Below, one piece after another: positions 10,355-20,829 of a stretch of 64,000 bases of DNA. The stretch's first letter is position 1, and every line of letters starts with the position of its first letter. Under the pieces are notes generated by a model, which searched no databases, was not told the DNA's origin, and was given only the letters and a program-made list of their open reading frames with translations. The translations under genes and the position numbers were made by a program. The stretch comes from Spirochaetia bacterium (GTDB lineage Bacteria; Spirochaetota; Spirochaetia; SZUA-6; Bin103), in contig OZ241863.1 in NCBI GenBank assembly GCA_965203055.1, forward strand, positions 2,080,001 to 2,144,000, written 5' to 3'.

Positions 10355-11935
10355 GTGCGGTTCTTCAACACCACCGGTCCGGTCCGCCGGGACCGGCACT
10401 ATACGGTTCCGCCGTTGAGCCGCCTCGACCTCGACGAAGTGCTCGGCCTGATCCACACCGCGCGCTACTTCGTGCTGCACGCCCCGCGGCAGACCGGGAA
10501 GACTTCCGTGCTGCTGGCACTGCAGAACCTGCTCAACGGCGGCGCCGAGGGCGCCTACCGCTGCCTGTACGTCAACGTGGAGGCCGGTCAGGCGGCGCGT
10601 GAGCGCACCACGCGGGCGATGCGGGCGATCCTCGGCGAACTGGCCCTGCGGGCGCGGCTGGTGCTGGAAGACGACCAGCTCGACGGGACGTGGCCGGAAA
10701 TCCTCGACAGGGCAGGCCCTGACGGAGCGCTCAAGGAGGTGTTGGTGCGCTGGACGCTGGCCGACCCCCGCCCGCTGGTGCTGCTGATCGACGAGATCGA
10801 TTCCCTGGTGGGCGATACCCTGATCTCGGTCCTGCGCCAATTGCGCTCCGGCTATGACCTGCACCCCGACGGCTTTCCGCACAGCGTCGTGCTGTGCGGC
10901 GTACGCGACGTGCGCGACTACCGGATCCGCTCCGGCAGCGAGAACGCCGTCATCACCGGCGGCAGCGCGTTCAACGTCAAGGCGCGGTCGTTGCGCCTCG
11001 GCGACTTCTCGCGCGGCGAGATGCAGGCGCTGCTGGCGCAGCATACCCGGGACACGGGACAGGCGTTCACCGATGGCGCGCTGGAGACCATCTGGACGCG
11101 GACCCGGGGCCAGCCCTGGCTGGTGAACGCGCTGGCGGACGAGACCTGCTTCCGCGACCGGGGCGGCCGCGACCGGGCCCGCCCCGTCACCGCCGGCGCC
11201 GTGCGCGACGCGCAGGAGCAGCTCATCGTGCGCCGCGAGACCCACCTGGATCAGTTGGCGGACAAGCTGAAGGAGGAACGCGTGCGCCGCGTGGTCGAGC
11301 CGCTGCTGAGCGGCGGTGAACGGCGCCACTTCACCGACCGCGATCTCGAATATACGCGCGACCTCGGGCTGGTGGCGCCGGATCCACCGATCCGGATTGC
11401 CAACCCGATCTACGCCGAAGTGGTGCCGCGCGAACTCACCTGGGTGGTGCAGGAGGAGTTCGCGCAGGAGGCCGCCTGGTACGTGGACGCTGACGGCGGG
11501 CTGCAGGTGGACCGGCTGCTGGCGGCATTCCAGGCATTCTTCCGCGAGCACTCAGAACACTGGGTAACCCGGTTCAGCTACCGGGAGGCGGGTCCGCAGC
11601 TTCTCCTGCAGGCGTTCCTGCAGCGCATCGTCAACGGCGGCGGGCGCATCGAACGGGAATTCGGCCTGGGGCGGGGGCGCACCGACCTGCTGGTGGTGTG
11701 GCCGCAGCGCGGGCGGGAGCGCCGGTTCGTGGTCGAGTGCAAGATCCTGCACCGCAGTCTGGAGCGCACCATCAGTCAGGGGCTGGAGCAGACGGCGGCC
11801 TATCTTGACCGCTGCGCCGGCGAGGCGGGCCACCTGGTCATCTTCGACCGCGATGAAGGCAGGCGCTGGGAGGAGAAGATCTTCCACCGGCGGGAGTCGG
11901 CCGGGGGCCGCGCGATCGACGTCTGGGGCATGTAG
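10355..11935 (+). CDS. AAA-like P-loop ATPase with C-terminal PD-(D/E)xK nuclease-like domain
   Basis: Walker A APRQTGKTS, Walker B LLIDEID, C-terminal EREFGLGRGRTDLL...VVECK. Confidence 0.85.
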   Translation: MRFFNTTGPVRRDRHYTVPPLSRLDLDEVLGLIHTARYFVLHAPRQTGKTSVLLALQNLLNGGAEGAYRCLYVNVEAGQAARERTTRAMRAILGELALRARLVLEDDQLDGTWPEILDRAGPDGALKEVLVRWTLADPRPLVLLIDEIDSLVGDTLISVLRQLRSGYDLHPDGFPHSVVLCGVRDVRDYRIRSGSENAVITGGSAFNVKARSLRLGDFSRGEMQALLAQHTRDTGQAFTDGALETIWTRTRGQPWLVNALADETCFRDRGGRDRARPVTAGAVRDAQEQLIVRRETHLDQLADKLKEERVRRVVEPLLSGGERRHFTDRDLEYTRDLGLVAPDPPIRIANPIYAEVVPRELTWVVQEEFAQEAAWYVDADGGLQVDRLLAAFQAFFREHSEHWVTRFSYREAGPQLLLQAFLQRIVNGGGRIEREFGLGRGRTDLLVVWPQRGRERRFVVECKILHRSLERTISQGLEQTAAYLDRCAGEAGHLVIFDRDEGRRWEEKIFHRRESAGGRAIDVWGM

Positions 11936-12015
11936 CGCGCCGGGGCCACGTTCGTAGCCGTTCGCCGGCGGCGCCCTTGCCAGGGAGCGCCGGCCCGCGC
12001 TATGACGCGAAGCGT

Positions 12016-13908
12016 ATGGCAAACGACGTTTCCCTCCACGAGCCGGAGTTTCGGCCCGCGGCCCTGGGCGCGGTTACCCCGCAGGGCTGGCTGGCGGAGC
12101 AGCTCCGCATCCAGGCGCGCGGCCTCAGCGGCCACCTCGACCAGTTCTGGCCCGACATCCGGGACAGCGCCTGGATCGGCGGCGCGGCCGAGGGCTGGGA
12201 GCGGATGCCGTACTGGCTCGACGGCGTCATTCCGCTGGCCTGGCTGCTGCGCGACCGGCCCCTGCAGCAGCGCATCACCGGTTACCTCGATTACGTCATC
12301 GAGCATCAGCAGGCCGACGGCTGGCTCGGCCCGCGCGTGGAGGACCGCCCGGAGGCGGCCGACCTCTGGTCGCAGGCGCTCGCCCTCAAGGCGCTGGTCG
12401 GCTACCACGACGCCACCGCGGACCGCCGCGTCGCCGGCTGCGTGGAGCGCGCGCTGGCCATGTTGGACCGCCGCGTAGACCGCAACCCGCTGGCGCATTG
12501 GGGCCAATACCGCTGGTTCGAGTTCCTGATCTCGATCTGGTGGCTCTACGAACGCAGCGGGGAGCGCTGGTTGATCGACCTCGCGCAGCGCCTGCGCGCG
12601 CAGGGGTTCAACTGGCAGCTCTACTTCGAGCGTTGGCCGCGCACCGGCGCCACTGCCAAGGGCCGCTGGTGCTACGACGCCCACGTGGTGAACAACGCCA
12701 TGGCGCTCAAGGAAGGGGCGCTGTGGTGGCGGCTGACCGGGGCCGCCGGCGACCGCGGGGCGGCGCACCGGATGCTGCAGGCGCTCGACCGGCACCACGG
12801 CATGGCAACCGGCGTGTTCAGCGGCGACGAGTGCCTGGCCGGCACCAACCCCAGCCAGGGCACCGAGCTGTGCGCCGTGGTGGAGTACCTCTACTCGCTG
12901 GAGTGGCTGGTCGGCGTGCTCGGCGACCCGGCGGCCGCGGACCGGCTGGAGAGCATCGCCTTCAACACGCTGCCGGCGACCTTCTCCCCGGACATGTGGG
13001 CGCATCAATACGACCAGCAGGTGAATCAGATCGAATGCAGCGCCCGCGCGGACCGGCTCTGGAATACCAACGGCCCGGAGGCCAACGTCTTCGGCCTGGA
13101 ACCCAACTACGGCTGTTGCACCGCCAACCTCAGCCAGGGATGGCCCAAGTTCGCGGCCCATCAGTGGATGCGCGCGCCTGACGGCGGCATCGTGGCCGCG
13201 GCCTACGCCCCCTCCGCGCTGGACGCGGCGGTCGGCGGCGTGCCGGTGCGCGTCGAGTTGCGGACCGACTACCCCTTCCGGGAAGAGCTGCGGTTCACGG
13301 TCCGGGCGCCGCGCCCGGTGCGCTTCCCGTTGCGGCTGCGCGTTCCCGGCTGGGCGCAGACGGCGGCGCTCACGGTCGATGGCCGCCCCTCCCCGGTGGC
13401 CGCCGCGGGCGCGTTCCACACCATCGAGCGGGAGTGGAACGGCGCCAGCGAGATCGTCCTGTCGCTGCCGATGGCGCCGCGCGTCATCCCGCGGCCGCAG
13501 GGCGCCGTCGCGCTGGCGCGCGGCCCGCTGCGGTACGCGTTGCGGGTCGGCGAACGCTGGCAGCGGATCAATCAGGACCGGCCGCACCGCGAGCCGCCGC
13601 ACGCGGACTGGGAAATCTACCCCACCACGCCGTGGAACTTCGCGCTCGAGTTGGGGGAAGGCGAGCTGAGCGAAGCCGTGCGCTTCGCCGAGCATCCCAT
13701 CGGCTCACCGGTGTTCACGCCCGGCGCGCCGCCGGTCAGCGCCACCGTCCGCGGGCGCCGCGTGCCCGAGTGGACCGCGCGCAACGGCTCCGCCGGCCCG
13801 CCGCCGCCCGCTCCGTTCCGGACCGCCGGCCCGCCCGAGGATCTGACCCTGATCCCCTACGGCTGCAGCAACCTGCGCATCGCCGAGTTCCCGCTGCTGC
13901 GCCGCTGA
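12016..13908 (+). CDS. GH127-family beta-L-arabinofuranosidase-like glycoside hydrolase
   Basis: PQGWL, WERMPYWLDG, HVVN, GTELCAVVE, GCCTAN (Zn/Cys), T-D-YPF, LIPYG. Confidence 0.88.
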   Translation: MANDVSLHEPEFRPAALGAVTPQGWLAEQLRIQARGLSGHLDQFWPDIRDSAWIGGAAEGWERMPYWLDGVIPLAWLLRDRPLQQRITGYLDYVIEHQQADGWLGPRVEDRPEAADLWSQALALKALVGYHDATADRRVAGCVERALAMLDRRVDRNPLAHWGQYRWFEFLISIWWLYERSGERWLIDLAQRLRAQGFNWQLYFERWPRTGATAKGRWCYDAHVVNNAMALKEGALWWRLTGAAGDRGAAHRMLQALDRHHGMATGVFSGDECLAGTNPSQGTELCAVVEYLYSLEWLVGVLGDPAAADRLESIAFNTLPATFSPDMWAHQYDQQVNQIECSARADRLWNTNGPEANVFGLEPNYGCCTANLSQGWPKFAAHQWMRAPDGGIVAAAYAPSALDAAVGGVPVRVELRTDYPFREELRFTVRAPRPVRFPLRLRVPGWAQTAALTVDGRPSPVAAAGAFHTIEREWNGASEIVLSLPMAPRVIPRPQGAVALARGPLRYALRVGERWQRINQDRPHREPPHADWEIYPTTPWNFALELGEGELSEAVRFAEHPIGSPVFTPGAPPVSATVRGRRVPEWTARNGSAGPPPPAPFRTAGPPEDLTLIPYGCSNLRIAEFPLLRR

Positions 13909-14051
13909 GCGGCGCAGCGCCGGCCGCTGCCACCGCCGCCGGCCGGCCGGCGGGCGGTGGCGGGCGGGCGAGCGAGCGAGCGAGTTGACCGCCGGCAGCT
14001 CGTGGGCTATGGTCGCGGTTGGTGCTCGATCGAGACTGCGACACCGGGAGG

Positions 14052-15707
14052 ATGGCTGTGTTGAGGAACCACGGGAAACGCGGATTGCGGCTGGGGGTCG
14101 GGTTGGCGCTGGCAGCGGCGGCGACCGGCGTCTGGGCCGGCGGCGAAGCGGAACAGGCAGCGGCCGGCAGCTCCGCCGAGTCCGGCTACACGCTGCCGAT
14201 CGTGGAGCCGGGCAGCGTGACCTTGAGCTATGCCGGCTGGGAGCATCCCGTCGGGTTCGGCGACGGCCCCGTCTGGCAGCGCATCCATGAGGACACCGGC
14301 GTAACGGTGGACTGGCAGGTCGTGCCGGGCAACGACTACCCCTCCTTCATCAAGACCCGAATCGCCGCCGCGGTCGATCTGCCCGACGTGATGAGCCTCG
14401 GCTGGAACAACGCGGTCGGCAGTGCGGTGGATCTGCATGCCCAGGGGGCCACCATCAAGCTGACCGAACTGGTCAACCAATACGCCCCCAACATCAAGCG
14501 GCTGATGGAGGAATTCACCGCGGTGCGCCCCTACCTGGTGGCGCCCGACGGCGACATCTACGCCACCGCGGCGCGCACCGTGCCGCCGATCAGCAACTAC
14601 AAGAACTGGTACGTCAGAGAAGACTGGCTGGAGCGGCTCGGACTGGAGAAGCCGGCGAGTCTGGAAGAGTGGAAGACCGTCCTGAAGGCGTTCCGCAACG
14701 AGGACCCCAACGGCAACGGCGAGCAGGACGAAGTCCCGCTGGCCCCGCGCACGTTGTGGCAACTGGAGTGGTTCGGCTCGTCCGGCCTCGACCTGGACAT
14801 CTACTACAGCTACGGGTTCTCACTCGACGCCGGCGTGGTCTCCTACGATTACGTCAGTCCCGAGTACCGCGACTATCTCGCGTTTCTGCATGAGATGTAC
14901 GAGGCCGGCGCCCTGTCGCAGGAAGTGACCATGACCGGACAGACCCTCAACTCGCTGCGGGTCGACGACCGCGTGGGAGGGTTCTGGACCGGCATCGGCG
15001 GGGTGTTGTTCGGCAATCGGGTGCTCGCCGAGGCCGGCATCCCCGGACGCTACACCTGGACGCCGCTGCCGGAGAACGCGCAGGGCGTAGCGCGTTACGT
15101 GCACGAGCCGCTGGTCATCGCCGCGTCGGTGATCACCAGCCAGAGCAAGAATCCCGAGGTGGCCATCAAGTGGCTGGACTACGTGTGGGCCAGCCCGCAG
15201 GGCTACCTGTACTCGAACTACGGCCTCGAAGGCGACACCTACAACGTCAATCCGGAACTCAATTCCGACTCGCCGTGGTTGAAGCATTTTCCCGGCCGTC
15301 CCGAGTACAGTGACAGCATCCGCAACAATCCGGAAGGCAAGTCGGTGCAGACGGTGCTGTCCGACATTGGGGCCTTCAACCATCCGCTGTACGCCGATGA
15401 CGACGAGTCGTTCGCGGCGCGCTTCTCGGAAGATCCGTTCTCGGCCGAGCTGACCCGGCTCGCCGCGCCGATCGCGGTAACGCCGTTCCCGCGCTATCTT
15501 TCCTCGCCGGAGCAGGAGCGGCGCCTGCGCGCCCTGCGCGAGGAGGTCCTTCCGACCCAGGAGGAGTGGACCTTCAAGTTCATCACCGGCCAGGAGCCGC
15601 TCGACCGGTTCGCCGATTACGTGGCCACGATGAAGCGCGTCGGCGTCGATGAGCTGGTCGAAATCACGCAGGAACAGCACGACGCGTACACCGCTTCGTC
15701 CCGGTAA
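14052..15707 (+). CDS. Carbohydrate ABC transporter substrate-binding protein (LplA-like)
   Basis: GGAGG RBS, signal peptide ending WAGGEAE, YVREDWLERLGL, DPNGNGEQDEVP. Confidence 0.88.
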   Translation: MAVLRNHGKRGLRLGVGLALAAAATGVWAGGEAEQAAAGSSAESGYTLPIVEPGSVTLSYAGWEHPVGFGDGPVWQRIHEDTGVTVDWQVVPGNDYPSFIKTRIAAAVDLPDVMSLGWNNAVGSAVDLHAQGATIKLTELVNQYAPNIKRLMEEFTAVRPYLVAPDGDIYATAARTVPPISNYKNWYVREDWLERLGLEKPASLEEWKTVLKAFRNEDPNGNGEQDEVPLAPRTLWQLEWFGSSGLDLDIYYSYGFSLDAGVVSYDYVSPEYRDYLAFLHEMYEAGALSQEVTMTGQTLNSLRVDDRVGGFWTGIGGVLFGNRVLAEAGIPGRYTWTPLPENAQGVARYVHEPLVIAASVITSQSKNPEVAIKWLDYVWASPQGYLYSNYGLEGDTYNVNPELNSDSPWLKHFPGRPEYSDSIRNNPEGKSVQTVLSDIGAFNHPLYADDDESFAARFSEDPFSAELTRLAAPIAVTPFPRYLSSPEQERRLRALREEVLPTQEEWTFKFITGQEPLDRFADYVATMKRVGVDELVEITQEQHDAYTASSR

Positions 15708-15759
15708 CGCCCCGGGGCCGCGGCGCGTGAGATCGGCGCCGCGGCCCAACTTGTAACCC

Positions 15760-16677
15760 ATGCCGCCGGCAGTCCGGCGTTCGGCCAAGGCGCTCCTGCA
15801 GGACCGGTATCTCTGGCTGCTGGCGGCGCCTGCCGTCGTCTACTACTTCCTGTTCCACTACCTGCCGATGTACGGGCTGCTGATCGCCTTCAAGGACTTC
15901 AGCCCGTTTCTCGGCATCCTCGGCAGTCCGTGGGCCGGGTTGGTGTGGTTCGAGCAGTTCTTCACTTCGATTCACTTCGTGCGCACGGTGCGCAACACCC
16001 TGCTGCTCAACTTCTACGGCTTCTTCTTCAACTTCACGGTACCGATCATCTTCGCCCTGCTGCTGAACGAGGTGCACCATAGCCTGTTCCGGCGCTGGGT
16101 GCAGACCATCAGCTACGTCCCGCACTTCGTGTCGATCGTCGTCGTGGTGGGGCTGATCAACGCCATGTTCAATTCCGAGAACGGCTTGGTCAACACCGTG
16201 CTCGGCCGGCTCGGCATGGAGCCGGTGCCGTTCCTCATTCTGCCGGGATGGTTTCGGCCGCTGTACATCGGCTCCGACATCTGGCAGCACTTCGGCTGGC
16301 GCGCCATCATCTACCTGGCCGCGCTCACCGCCATCGACCAGGAGCAATATGACGCCGCCTGGGTGGACGGCGCCAACCGCTGGCAGCAGCTTCGCTACAT
16401 CACCCTGCCGGGAATCGCGCCCACCATCATCATCCTGATGATCCTCTACGTCGGCCAGATGATGTCGGTGGGCTTCGAGAAGATCCTGTTGATGTACGGC
16501 CCCGGCACCTACGAGACCGCGGACGTGATCTCCACCTTCGTCTACCGCCGCGGCATTACCGGCGGCGACTACAGCTTCGCCGCCGCGGCCGGGTTGTTCA
16601 ACTCGGTGATCAACCTGTCGCTGATCCTGTTCGTCAACCGCCTGAGCAAGCAGCTCACCGGGACCAGCCTGTGGTAG
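15760..16677 (+). CDS. Carbohydrate ABC permease (LplB-like)
   Basis: YLPMYGLLIAFKDF, YDAAWVDGANRWQ, ADVISTFVY. Confidence 0.93.
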   Translation: MPPAVRRSAKALLQDRYLWLLAAPAVVYYFLFHYLPMYGLLIAFKDFSPFLGILGSPWAGLVWFEQFFTSIHFVRTVRNTLLLNFYGFFFNFTVPIIFALLLNEVHHSLFRRWVQTISYVPHFVSIVVVVGLINAMFNSENGLVNTVLGRLGMEPVPFLILPGWFRPLYIGSDIWQHFGWRAIIYLAALTAIDQEQYDAAWVDGANRWQQLRYITLPGIAPTIIILMILYVGQMMSVGFEKILLMYGPGTYETADVISTFVYRRGITGGDYSFAAAAGLFNSVINLSLILFVNRLSKQLTGTSLW

Positions 16678-17561
16678 GCGGCGCGGCCGTCCGCTATCGC
16701 CGCAGCGCGCTGGAGCGCCTCGCGGAGTTCGTCATCATCGTGGTGCTGGCGGCGGCCGCGCTGGTCACCATCTTCCCGCTGATCTACGTGTTCAACAACT
16801 CGATCAGCGGCAGCGCCGAGATCCTCGGCGGCACGGTGTGGCTGTGGCCCCGCAACGTCACCTGGAACGGCTATTTGACGGTGGTGCAGTCGACCGAAGT
16901 GTGGCGCTCCTACTACAACACGCTGTGGTATACCGGCGTCGGCACGGCGCTCAACGTCTCGATCACGCTCATGGTTGCCTATCCGCTGTCGCGGCGGGCC
17001 TTCAACGGGCGCGGCCTGCTGATGTTCTACATCGCCTTCACCATGTGGTTCAGCGGCGGCATCATCCCGACGTTCATCATCGTGCGCAACCTGGGGCTGT
17101 ACGCCACCCGCTGGGCGATGGTGCTGCCGACCGCCGCGGCGGCCTGGAACATCATCATCACGCGCACCTATCTGCAGAGCAACATCGACGACTCGATCCC
17201 GGAGTCGGCAAAGATCGACGGCGCCAACGACCTGACCATCTTCTTCCGCATTGTCATTCCGGTGTCCAGCACGATCATCGCGGTGAACGTGCTGTTCTAC
17301 GCGGTGGCGCACTGGAATGCCTACTTCCCCGCCCTGATCTACCTGCCCGATCCCGACCTGCACCCGCTGCAGATGATCTTGCGCAAGTTCCTGATCCTGC
17401 CGCCGGAAGAAGAGGAGTTGATGGCGTTCGAGGCGATCGCCGGCGTCACCCGCAACCGCTTCGTGGTGATCATGGTGGGCACGCTGCCGATTCTGGCCGT
17501 CTACCCCTTCCTGCAGCGCTACTTCATCAAGGGCGTGATGATCGGCGCCCTGAAGGGGTGA
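16671..17561 (+). CDS. Carbohydrate ABC permease (LplC-like)
   Basis: FSGGIIP, ESAKIDGAN, YPFLQRYFIKGVMIGALKG. Confidence 0.93.
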   Translation: MVGGAAVRYRRSALERLAEFVIIVVLAAAALVTIFPLIYVFNNSISGSAEILGGTVWLWPRNVTWNGYLTVVQSTEVWRSYYNTLWYTGVGTALNVSITLMVAYPLSRRAFNGRGLLMFYIAFTMWFSGGIIPTFIIVRNLGLYATRWAMVLPTAAAAWNIIITRTYLQSNIDDSIPESAKIDGANDLTIFFRIVIPVSSTIIAVNVLFYAVAHWNAYFPALIYLPDPDLHPLQMILRKFLILPPEEEELMAFEAIAGVTRNRFVVIMVGTLPILAVYPFLQRYFIKGVMIGALKG

Positions 17562-17604
17562 CCGCGGCGATCACACCGCCAAACCGGGGTCAAGCGCGGC
17601 AGCG

Positions 17605-17647
17605 CCGTTACGCCGCCGCCGCGCGGGCGGCGGCGGCGGCGTAACGG
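17605..17647. terminator. 18-bp perfect inverted repeat between convergent genes (probable bidirectional terminator)
   Basis: CCGTTACGCCGCCGCCGC (17605-17622) / GCGGCGGCGGCGTAACGG (17630-17647), 7-nt loop. Confidence 0.65.
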
Positions 17648-17669
17648 ACGTCTGTCGCCGGTGTCCTGT

Positions 17670-19661
17670 CTATTCCTTGTAGAAGAGCTGCTGGGCGTCG
17701 TAGAACAGGCACGCCTGCCACTCCGCCGAGCCGTTGTACGCCGGCGGGATGTTGCCGAGCTTCGAATTGGCCACGTAGAGCGTCGGCGCCAGTCCTACCG
17801 TGCCGACGACCACGACGTTATCGGCGTGCCAGTCCAGCAGTTCCTCGGAAATCTCCGTGTACTCCGGTGATCCCATGACGGTCAGCAGGCGCTGCTCCAG
17901 CGCCAGAAAGAGATTCTTGTATTCCTCCGGAGGTTCCTCGCCCGGCAGGACGCCGTCGGTGAAGTCGGCCAGCGTCGCCAGTCCGGTGCGCACGCGCTGG
18001 TCCGCTGCCAGCCACGTGCCCCACAACGGCGCCCAACCGAAGTCGGATGCCCCCGGCGCCCAGTGGTTGCCGGTCAGGTAGTGCACGGCTTCGAGCGTAT
18101 TCCCATAGATCATGGCGCCCACCATGCGGTCGGTCATGTCCGAGCGTTCGAAGTACAACTCTCGCTGCATCTCGCTGAGCTGCACGCGGATGCCGACGTT
18201 CTCCCAGTACTCTTCGACCAGGTCGTACATTTCCTGTGGTATGTCCGCCTGAAAGAAGTAATCGACGATCAATTCGAAGCGTTCGCCGTCCGGGCGCAGG
18301 CGGAAGCCGTCCCCGTCGCGCTGGGCCATACCGGCTTCGTCGAGCAGCCGGTTCGCTTCCGCGGGGTCGAACTGCGCGTACGCCTCGCCCCACTCCTGCT
18401 TGTAGAAACTGGCGGAGGGGTCGACGGTAGCCTGCCGCGGCGTGGCCAATCCGAAGTATATCGCGTCGTTCATCTCGTCACGATCGATCGCCAGCGACAT
18501 CGCGCGGCGGAAGCGGACGTCCTGGAACAGCGCCCGCAGCGCCGGCTCCTCGTTGTTCAGGTTGAATCCGAACGCAAGCTGGCTGCCGAGTATTCCGGGG
18601 ATGGGATAGACCGTGTAGCCGGCCGTAGCTTCGCTCTCCTTGTACAGCGTGTAGTTGGCGAACGACGTGTTGTACGCCTGCACGTCCGCCTCGCCGGACA
18701 CGATCTTGAGATCGATCGTCTCCTTGCCGGCAAGATTGTTGACGATGGTGTCGATGTAGGGGAGCTGATTGCCGGCCGTGTCCACCTCGTAGTAGTAGGG
18801 ATTCCGCTCGTACAATCGGTAGGAAGTGGTGAACTCCTTCATGAACCACGGCAGCACCACCGGCTTTTCGAGGTCGCCGAGGGGGTTGACCTGCATGTGG
18901 GCGTTGAACGCGTCCACCCAGGTATCGTGGCCCTCCTCCTTGGCCAGCTTGTCGGCGTCCTCATTGTAGTTGATGTGGTACTTCGACAGGTATTTGCTCG
19001 GCGAGAACGAAATCCAGTGACTCCCCGGCCAGTGCGTAAAGAAGACCGGCAGCGCAGCCAGCGACTCATCGCTCTCGTAGCGCACCGTGCGGTCATCGAC
19101 CTTGACGACGCGGTCCACTATGGTGGCCGGCGCGCCGCCGCCCCAGAAGCTGACCTCGTCGATCCAGTTGATCGCTTCCCACCGAAACAGGATGTCGTCC
19201 GCGGTGAACGGGTCGCCGTTGGACCACTTGAGCCCCTCCCTGAGGGTGAGCAGCATGCTCTTGTTGTCCGCCGACATCTCGAAATCGGTTGCTATGTCGG
19301 CCACGACCTCGCCGTCGTAGGAGAACTCCAGGAGGAACGCCGAACCGTTCTCCGGTCCGTCGCTCAGGTCTCCCCAGGGACTGCTGTCGGGGTTGAACGT
19401 GGTGATCGAGCCGCCGTAGCGCCCCACCGTCTCGAACGGGACGACCACCTTCGGCTCGACCGGCAGCCGTTCGTCGACCGGCGGCAGCTCGCCGGCGGCG
19501 ACCCGGGCGGCCAGCATCGGCGCCTCGCGGTACTTGCCGCCGCCGGAGACCATGACCGCTTCCGTCCCTCCTTCCGGTTCCTCCGCTCCGCTCGCCCAGA
19601 CGGCGGTTGCGAGCGCCAGCGTCATGGTCGCCGCCCCGGCGACCGCGAATAGCTTCTTCAT
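17670..19661 (-). CDS. Family 5 ABC substrate-binding protein
   Basis: GGAGGAG RBS, MKKLF signal peptide, EAPMLAARVAAGELPPVDERLP, RNPYYYEVDTAGNQLPYID, FRRAMSLAIDR. Confidence 0.92.
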   Translation of the reverse strand: MKKLFAVAGAATMTLALATAVWASGAEEPEGGTEAVMVSGGGKYREAPMLAARVAAGELPPVDERLPVEPKVVVPFETVGRYGGSITTFNPDSSPWGDLSDGPENGSAFLLEFSYDGEVVADIATDFEMSADNKSMLLTLREGLKWSNGDPFTADDILFRWEAINWIDEVSFWGGGAPATIVDRVVKVDDRTVRYESDESLAALPVFFTHWPGSHWISFSPSKYLSKYHINYNEDADKLAKEEGHDTWVDAFNAHMQVNPLGDLEKPVVLPWFMKEFTTSYRLYERNPYYYEVDTAGNQLPYIDTIVNNLAGKETIDLKIVSGEADVQAYNTSFANYTLYKESEATAGYTVYPIPGILGSQLAFGFNLNNEEPALRALFQDVRFRRAMSLAIDRDEMNDAIYFGLATPRQATVDPSASFYKQEWGEAYAQFDPAEANRLLDEAGMAQRDGDGFRLRPDGERFELIVDYFFQADIPQEMYDLVEEYWENVGIRVQLSEMQRELYFERSDMTDRMVGAMIYGNTLEAVHYLTGNHWAPGASDFGWAPLWGTWLAADQRVRTGLATLADFTDGVLPGEEPPEEYKNLFLALEQRLLTVMGSPEYTEISEELLDWHADNVVVVGTVGLAPTLYVANSKLGNIPPAYNGSAEWQACLFYDAQQLFYKE

Positions 19662-19830
19662 GTGGCTTCTCCTCCCGGACGCGGAATCAGGCCGGCGCGG
19701 CGCGCCTCGCCCGCTCCGCGGCGTTCCCCGCCATGATAACCCCGCAGGGGCCACGGTCAAGGCACTCATCGAGCGTGCGCGCGTGCGTGGGCTCGGCAGG
19801 CGGCGCGCGTGTGGTATAAAGGGGGCGGAC

Positions 19831-20829
19831 ATGCTGAGCTACGTCGTCCGGCGCCTGGCCTACATGATCGTGCTGCTGGTGCTGCTCTCGATGGCCACCT
19901 TCGTCATCATCCAGCTCCCGCCCGGCGACTACCTCACCACCCTCACCATCAACATGCGCCGCGCGGGCGTGGTGCTGGACGAAGAGGCGCTCGAAGTGCT
20001 CTCCGAGCGGTACGGGCTTGGCCGTCCGCTTCACGTTCAGTACCTGACCTGGTTCGCGAATCTGTTGCGGGGAGACATGGGCGAGTCCTTCATCTGGGAG
20101 GCGCCGGTCACCGAGATCATAGGGGAGCGGCTGGCGCTCACCGTGACGCTCTCGATCTCGACGTTGATCCTGACCTATCTGATCGCGATTCCCATCGGGA
20201 TCTACTCGGCGACCCATCAGTACTCGGTCGCCGACTACGGCTTCACCACGCTCGGGTTCGTCGGACTGGCCACGCCCAACTTTCTCCTGGCGCTGATCCT
20301 GATGTTCCTGTTCTACAAGTACTTCAACTGGAGCGTGGGGGGACTGTTCTCGCCCGAGTATCAGTTGGCGCCGTGGAGTCTCGGCAAGGTGATCGACCTG
20401 CTCAAGCACTTTCCGATTCCGCTCCTCGTGATCGGCACCGCCGGCGCCGCCAGTCTGATCCGCATCATGCGGGCAACGCTGCTGGACGAGCTGAGCAGGC
20501 AGTACGTGATCACGGCACGCGCCAAGGGAGTCGCCGAGCGCCGGCTGCTGTTCCGCTACCCGGTGCGGGTAGCGATCAACCCGGTGGTGAGCACCATCGG
20601 CTGGCTGCTGCCGGAGACCATCTCCGGGGCGACCCTCACGGCGATCGTGCTCAGTCTGCCTACCATCGGGCCGCTGCTGCTGCGGGCGCTGGAGGCGCAG
20701 GACATGTTCCTGGCGGGCAGCATGGTGATGCTGCTGAGCGCGCTGGGCATTGTGGGTACGCTGATTTCGGATCTGCTGCTGGTGGTGGTCGATCCCCGGA
20801 TTCGCTTCGAGCGGCAGGCAACGGGATGA
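19831..20829 (+). CDS. Peptide-type ABC permease (OppB-like)
   Basis: MLSYVVRR, IQLPPGDY, QYVITARAKG, QDMFLAG, DPRIR. Confidence 0.93.
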   Translation: MLSYVVRRLAYMIVLLVLLSMATFVIIQLPPGDYLTTLTINMRRAGVVLDEEALEVLSERYGLGRPLHVQYLTWFANLLRGDMGESFIWEAPVTEIIGERLALTVTLSISTLILTYLIAIPIGIYSATHQYSVADYGFTTLGFVGLATPNFLLALILMFLFYKYFNWSVGGLFSPEYQLAPWSLGKVIDLLKHFPIPLLVIGTAGAASLIRIMRATLLDELSRQYVITARAKGVAERRLLFRYPVRVAINPVVSTIGWLLPETISGATLTAIVLSLPTIGPLLLRALEAQDMFLAGSMVMLLSALGIVGTLISDLLLVVVDPRIRFERQATG

